From Bacteroidales bacterium (GTDB lineage Bacteria > Bacteroidota > Bacteroidia > Bacteroidales > CAIWKO01): a stretch of DNA of 20,000 bases. The position numbers and the translations under genes are program-made. Below the pieces are notes generated by a model. The model saw nothing but the letters and a program-made list of their open reading frames with translations. It was not told the origin of the DNA and ran no database searches. The stretch is from contig DAOORA010000003.1 in NCBI GenBank assembly GCA_035389045.1, positions 108,382 through 128,381 of the forward strand. The letters are read 5' to 3'. Below are positions 15,715 to 20,000 of this stretch, one piece after another (positions within the stretch are counted from its first letter, which is position 1; each line of letters opens with the position of its first letter).

Positions 15715-17406
15715 TCAGAATTTTGCTAATCCCTCCAGAAGCCGCTTTTCTTTTTCTTCCGGGCTGAGGTTGTCATATGCCTGTTTTTCTTTCAGGTATT
15801 TTTGGTGTTTTTCCTCTTCAATACGATGGATTTCAGATAGATATTTGTCGACAACACGGTTCTTCAAAAAGTCACTGGCCACGGCAGGGAATAATTCAAG
15901 CAAAAGCTCATCTTTTGGGTTGTCAGCAAGTTTAACATCGCCATATTCGGGGAAAGTCGGATTGTCCTGCTTTCTGTAATTTCTTGTATCATAAGGCGTT
16001 TCTTCCCTTACGCCGGCAATTTTATAACGGAATTCGGGATCAATAGGAATAGGAGTATGACCGTACTGTCCTTTGACAAGATTAACAAACTGTATGGACT
16101 TGGTTGTATAAAAAGGCTGTCCTTTGTTTTCATCAATTATACAATTAACGGCCTGAACACCAACGATCTGGCTCGTCGGGGTGACCAGCGGCGGACAACC
16201 GGCTGCAAGCCGCACAGTGGGTATGACTTCAAGAGTGCGTGGCAACAATTTTTCTAATTTCAGGGCTTTCAACTGGGCAAGCATATTCGTGTACATACCT
16301 CCCGGGATCTCGGCAAACTTGACATTCTCGTTAGGTTCGGGAAATTTGAAATAACGTTCAATTTTATGACAGCAATCCAGCAGTTCTTCTTCTTTATTGC
16401 TTTTAGCATAAGCAATGGCCAGTTCAAAAAGATCGTCAATATCGCGGGGCAGCGAATCACGGGTGATGTCAAATTCGCGGGGAAACATTTTATAGCTGTC
16501 TACATCAGCCATTTCAACCCGGATATCACGCAGTATGTTATTAATACTGACGACAGCGTTCTGGTTTACACCTGTTTCAATATCTAATTTATTACAGAAA
16601 AGCTGTATGAGCTCATAAGCCGGAGCAGCGGGGCCACCGGCAAAGGTCATGATAGAAGTATCAAGTATGTCTGCACCATTGATAACAGCCATGAGGGCTG
16701 ATGCCAATCCGTAACCCGGTGTGCAGTGCGTATGAAAATCAACAGGAACCTTAAGTTTTTGTTTCAGCAGTTTGATCAGGCGACCCGATCTGATCGGGGG
16801 AATAAGTCCTGCCATATCCTTGATGGTGATCATATCTGCGCCCATGGCTTCCATTTCGAGGGCTTTATTTAAAAAATACTCATCTGTAAAAATATTATTC
16901 GGAAGCAGTTTGGCGTGCAGTAATGCCCTGATCCTGTCCTTTGAACTGAAATGCGGGTCAACAGTATAACACACGGTGGCATCGGCAATACCTCCGTTTT
17001 CTTTTACATATTTGATGCTTGATTTTACATTGTTAACATCGTTTAGTGCATCGAAAATACGCATGATGCCAATCCCTGATTGTATGGAAAAACGGCAAAA
17101 ACCTTCGATAACTTCTTCAGGATAAGGATTATATCCAAAAAGGTTTCTTCCCCTTGAAAGAGCCGTCAATTTCGACGAATCACCGATTACTGCCTTAATC
17201 TTTTCTAAGCGTTCCCATGGGTTTTCTCCCAGGTAGCGCATGATGGAGTCTGGAACAGCGCCGCCCCATACTTCCATAGCAAAAAAATTGGCATCTTTAT
17301 ACAAAGGAAGTACTTTATCAACCTGTGCCTGTGTCATTCGGGTGGCAAACAATGATTGTTGTCCGTCACGTAAAGTCAAGTCCCGGATTAAAAGCTTTCG
17401 TTTCAT
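15715..17406 (-). CDS. Pyruvate/oxaloacetate carboxyltransferase (PycB/OadA/transcarboxylase 5S-like), without a biotinyl domain
   Basis: RDLTLRDGQQSLFATRM, EVWGGA, RIFDALND, IKDMAGL, HTHCTPG, IPGGMYTN, PPLVTPTSQIVG. No AMKM biotin-attachment motif. Confidence 0.9.
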   Translation of the reverse strand: MKRKLLIRDLTLRDGQQSLFATRMTQAQVDKVLPLYKDANFFAMEVWGGAVPDSIMRYLGENPWERLEKIKAVIGDSSKLTALSRGRNLFGYNPYPEEVIEGFCRFSIQSGIGIMRIFDALNDVNNVKSSIKYVKENGGIADATVCYTVDPHFSSKDRIRALLHAKLLPNNIFTDEYFLNKALEMEAMGADMITIKDMAGLIPPIRSGRLIKLLKQKLKVPVDFHTHCTPGYGLASALMAVINGADILDTSIMTFAGGPAAPAYELIQLFCNKLDIETGVNQNAVVSINNILRDIRVEMADVDSYKMFPREFDITRDSLPRDIDDLFELAIAYAKSNKEEELLDCCHKIERYFKFPEPNENVKFAEIPGGMYTNMLAQLKALKLEKLLPRTLEVIPTVRLAAGCPPLVTPTSQIVGVQAVNCIIDENKGQPFYTTKSIQFVNLVKGQYGHTPIPIDPEFRYKIAGVREETPYDTRNYRKQDNPTFPEYGDVKLADNPKDELLLELFPAVASDFLKNRVVDKYLSEIHRIEEEKHQKYLKEKQAYDNLSPEEKEKRLLEGLAKF

Positions 17407-17461
17407 ATGGTGTTGTAATACAGTATTTTAAATAATAGTTGTCAGAGTGAAAAATACGGTG

Positions 17462-17469
17462 CAAAGGTA
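17462..17469 (-). promoter_or_regulatory. Bacteroidota -7 element for the carboxyltransferase gene
   Basis: caaaggta reads TACCTTTG on the minus strand, followed by the typical C-A bases, 55 nt upstream of the start. Confidence 0.65.
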
Positions 17470-17581
17470 GGTAAGTTTTTTATTTTGATGGGATATAGAA
17501 ATAAATAATTTTTTAATACAAAATCATTTAATAATAATATATAATTTTTAATAAGGTTATTTAGTGTTAGTAAAGGTGAAT

Positions 17582-17589
17582 TACTTTTG
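17582..17589 (+). promoter_or_regulatory. Bacteroidota -7 element for the TerC gene
   Basis: TACTTTTG lies 13 nt before ATG 17603. Confidence 0.55.
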
Positions 17590-17602
17590 TAAAAAACTTT
17601 AT

Positions 17603-18337
17603 ATGGAAATCTTTCTTCACAGTGAAACCTGGATTGCATTGTTGACACTTACTTTTCTTGAAGTAGTTCTGGGTATAGACAACATCATTTTTATTTCGAT
17701 TGTCACCGGCAAGCTTCCGCATAACAGGCAGCGCACCACCCGAAATCTGGGGCTTGCCCTGGCTATGATCTTCAGGGTTGCCCTGCTGCTCCTGATTACA
17801 CATATTATCGGGATGAAAAAACCACTGTTTACACTTGATTTTGTGGATATTGATTTTGCGGTCAGTATACGCGACCTCATACTGGCAGCAGGCGGAATTT
17901 TCCTCATTGCAAAAAGCACCTCTGAAATCCATCAGAAAATTGAAGGAATAGAACATCATCAAAAGGAAAAACGAACAAACAGCGTCGTATCGGCTGTTTT
18001 ACAGATTATTATGCTCGATATAATTTTTTCTTTCGACTCTATTTTGACAGCAATCGGCCTCACCAAACATGTGTTACTCATGATAATTGCCGTAGTAATC
18101 GCCATGTTTATCATGATGCTGTTTTCCGGAGGCATCAGCAGATTTATCAATAAACATCCGACATTGCAGATACTGGCATTATCGTTTCTGATCCTTATAG
18201 GGTTCATGCTTATCGTAGACGCCTTGCATTATGATGTCCCCAAGGGATATATATACTTTGCAGTACTGTTTTCATTGCTTGTTGAAATGCTCAATATGCG
18301 TATGCTAAAAAAAACAAGGAAAAAACAGGAAGGCTGA
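17603..18337 (+). CDS. TerC family integral membrane protein
   Basis: LLTLTFLEVVLGIDNIIFISI, GGIFLIAKSTSEIH, QIIMLDIIFSFDSILTAIG, KHPTL, VPKGYIYFA. Start at ATG 17603 is supported by the promoter position. Confidence 0.92.
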   Translation: MEIFLHSETWIALLTLTFLEVVLGIDNIIFISIVTGKLPHNRQRTTRNLGLALAMIFRVALLLLITHIIGMKKPLFTLDFVDIDFAVSIRDLILAAGGIFLIAKSTSEIHQKIEGIEHHQKEKRTNSVVSAVLQIIMLDIIFSFDSILTAIGLTKHVLLMIIAVVIAMFIMMLFSGGISRFINKHPTLQILALSFLILIGFMLIVDALHYDVPKGYIYFAVLFSLLVEMLNMRMLKKTRKKQEG

Positions 18338-18372
18338 TAACGACATTATTACCTTGGTTATATTTATTTTCA

Positions 18373-18380
18373 TATCTTTG
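18373..18380 (+). promoter_or_regulatory. Candidate Bacteroidota -7 element upstream of the last T9SS gene
   Basis: TATCTTTG, about 180 nt upstream of ATG 18560. Confidence 0.4.
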
Positions 18381-18559
18381 GTTCAGGATATGCAAGTTTC
18401 TTTATAAAATCTTGCAAAAAATGCATACCGGCAACGGCAATGATGAAAATTATCAAGACCATATTGGAAAATGCGATCAGCCAACATTTTCGTTGTTTTC
18501 TGTCATGAGGAATGTAAAAAAAGTTGATCTGTAAAAACTATAAACCAAAAATCAAACAT

Positions 18560-19816
18560 ATGAAAAAAAACGTACTTTTTCTTATCGTTTTACTGTTTTC
18601 AGCAGTCATCAGTTATGGCCAGACAGCAACAACAATAGCCGATGGCCTCTGGTACATGCCCACCACATGGGATTGTTCGTGTATACCGGGTCCCGGTTAC
18701 ACAGTCAACATCAATCACAATGTAATACTGGATAATGATTTTGCGCTCAATGGGGGCGCCATAAATATCGGGATAAGCGGGGAACTGGAGGAAAACATGT
18801 CCGGGAGATACCTGGTGATGTATGCCGGAAGTATAGTCAATAACGGAACGATAGTGATCAGTAATGCTGCATTTTATGGGGGAGTATTCAACAATAATCA
18901 TATTTCTGTCTTTGATGTAAAATTCTTCAGCGGCGCAGTGGTTAACAATAGCGGCGATATTCTCGGTGTTGACAGCCTTTTTATTCAATCGGATTTTAAT
19001 AATGGCGTTAACGGAGAACTGGAAGCAGTGCGGGCCACGGTGAACGACACGCTCCTGAATTATGGCCAGATGAATGTTTCGGAGCTTATGAACCTTAGTG
19101 CGTTTATAAATAACAATGTTGCCACATTTATTGATTTTTATTCCCATAATTACACCCGTAACAATGATCAGATAAATTTCACTGATCTTACCAGCGACGG
19201 TTTTTTTGAAAATTACGGAACCCTTCATGGCGTGGGTAACATGTCCAATATAGGTCATTTTTATAATAGTACATCAGCCCAGATCGGACTTGATGATGAT
19301 TTTTCCAATACAGATACCGCAAACGGCTTGGCATATTTTGTTAACGAAGGAGCTGTGCTTGTTTCGGGGAGTTTTTTCAACGGCGATACTATTACAGGGG
19401 CAGGTGGACATTTCTGCATCGGGGATGCTTCGTCCAATGACGGCGCCATGCTGGGTACGTTTGATTTCTGCGACATTACCGGAAGCGGCGCCCCGGATAT
19501 AAATACCGGATACATCAGCAGCGGGATAACCTATTGCCAGTCACCGTGTTCACTGTCTGCATCAGAGCCGGGGAATACGGCAGCGTTTACTATTTACCCC
19601 AATCCGTCCGACGATAAAGTTTTTATTAATTGTGACGGATGCCGTAACAATTTTCAAATGACCGTTTCCGATATGCTGGGAAATATAGTTTTATCCCAAA
19701 TATCAGCAGGCAATGATAAAATAATAATTACCCGGGATGGCCTGCCCGCAGGAATATATATTTATCAAATAGTTTCTGGGGATCAGTTGTTTAAAGGGAA
19801 AATTGTGTTACAATAG
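18560..19816 (+). CDS. T9SS type A sorting-domain protein with an Asn/Gly-rich beta-helix-like body
   Basis: MKKNVLFLIVLLFSAVISYG|Q signal peptide; G.W....TW N-terminal motif; recurring (F/V)xNxG repeats; CTD (IYPNPS...DMLGN...LPAGIYIY...KIVLQ). Confidence 0.85.
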   Translation: MKKNVLFLIVLLFSAVISYGQTATTIADGLWYMPTTWDCSCIPGPGYTVNINHNVILDNDFALNGGAINIGISGELEENMSGRYLVMYAGSIVNNGTIVISNAAFYGGVFNNNHISVFDVKFFSGAVVNNSGDILGVDSLFIQSDFNNGVNGELEAVRATVNDTLLNYGQMNVSELMNLSAFINNNVATFIDFYSHNYTRNNDQINFTDLTSDGFFENYGTLHGVGNMSNIGHFYNSTSAQIGLDDDFSNTDTANGLAYFVNEGAVLVSGSFFNGDTITGAGGHFCIGDASSNDGAMLGTFDFCDITGSGAPDINTGYISSGITYCQSPCSLSASEPGNTAAFTIYPNPSDDKVFINCDGCRNNFQMTVSDMLGNIVLSQISAGNDKIIITRDGLPAGIYIYQIVSGDQLFKGKIVLQ

Positions 19817-19895
19817 TTTTAAGAGAACGATGCGCACTTCTTTATCCGGCCTTTTCTTTTTGTGATGATGAGCCTACTCCTAAAAGAATGATTTT

Positions 19896-19934
19896 CTGCG
19901 ACTTCTGTTCAGAATAAACGGCAAAAAGTCGCAG
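19896..19934. terminator. Inverted repeat downstream of the last T9SS gene (possible terminator)
   Basis: ctgcgactt (19896-19904) and aagtcgcag (19926-19934). Confidence 0.35.
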
Positions 19935-20000
19935 GATAAGAAAAACGGAGCTTTTTGGAGTGGATTCAATGATGAACTTTCCTGAACTTTTTGTCGAACA

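Noticed and set aside
1..20000. Complete DGR cassette (RT, avd, template repeat) or CRISPR array
   Set aside because: No ORF with RT motifs, no non-coding AAC-rich copy of either DUF1566 3' end in the intergenic regions, and no regularly spaced identical repeats with unique spacers.
19842..20000. 3' end of a minus-strand gene entering from the right edge
   Set aside because: All three minus frames are open for only short stretches with no recognisable motif, so the frame cannot be determined.

Overview
Bacteroidota-type chromosomal window, judged from TAnnTTTG promoters, T9SS C-terminal sorting domains and A-rich translation starts without Shine-Dalgarno motifs. The left part (about 0.9-12.3 kb) is an accessory cell-surface locus. 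It has a T9SS cargo protein with dockerin-like and cohesin-like modules, followed by three co-oriented, signal-peptide-bearing, phage-tail-fibre/adhesin-like genes built from shared, shuffled modules. Two of these end in a DUF1566/Lcl C-type-lectin-fold tip of the kind targeted by diversity-generating retroelements (DGRs); the third ends in a ConA-like tip. A nested palindromic MITE/REP-like element closes the locus. The right part is mostly housekeeping: GNAT acetyltransferase, Fe-type superoxide dismutase with an unexplained in-frame 110-codon N-terminal extension, M29 aminopeptidase, cyclophilin, a carboxyltransferase lacking a biotinyl domain, TerC, and another T9SS cargo. I saw no reverse transcriptase, template repeat, transposase, rRNA/tRNA or CRISPR array. 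All family assignments come from motif recognition by eye, not database searches.
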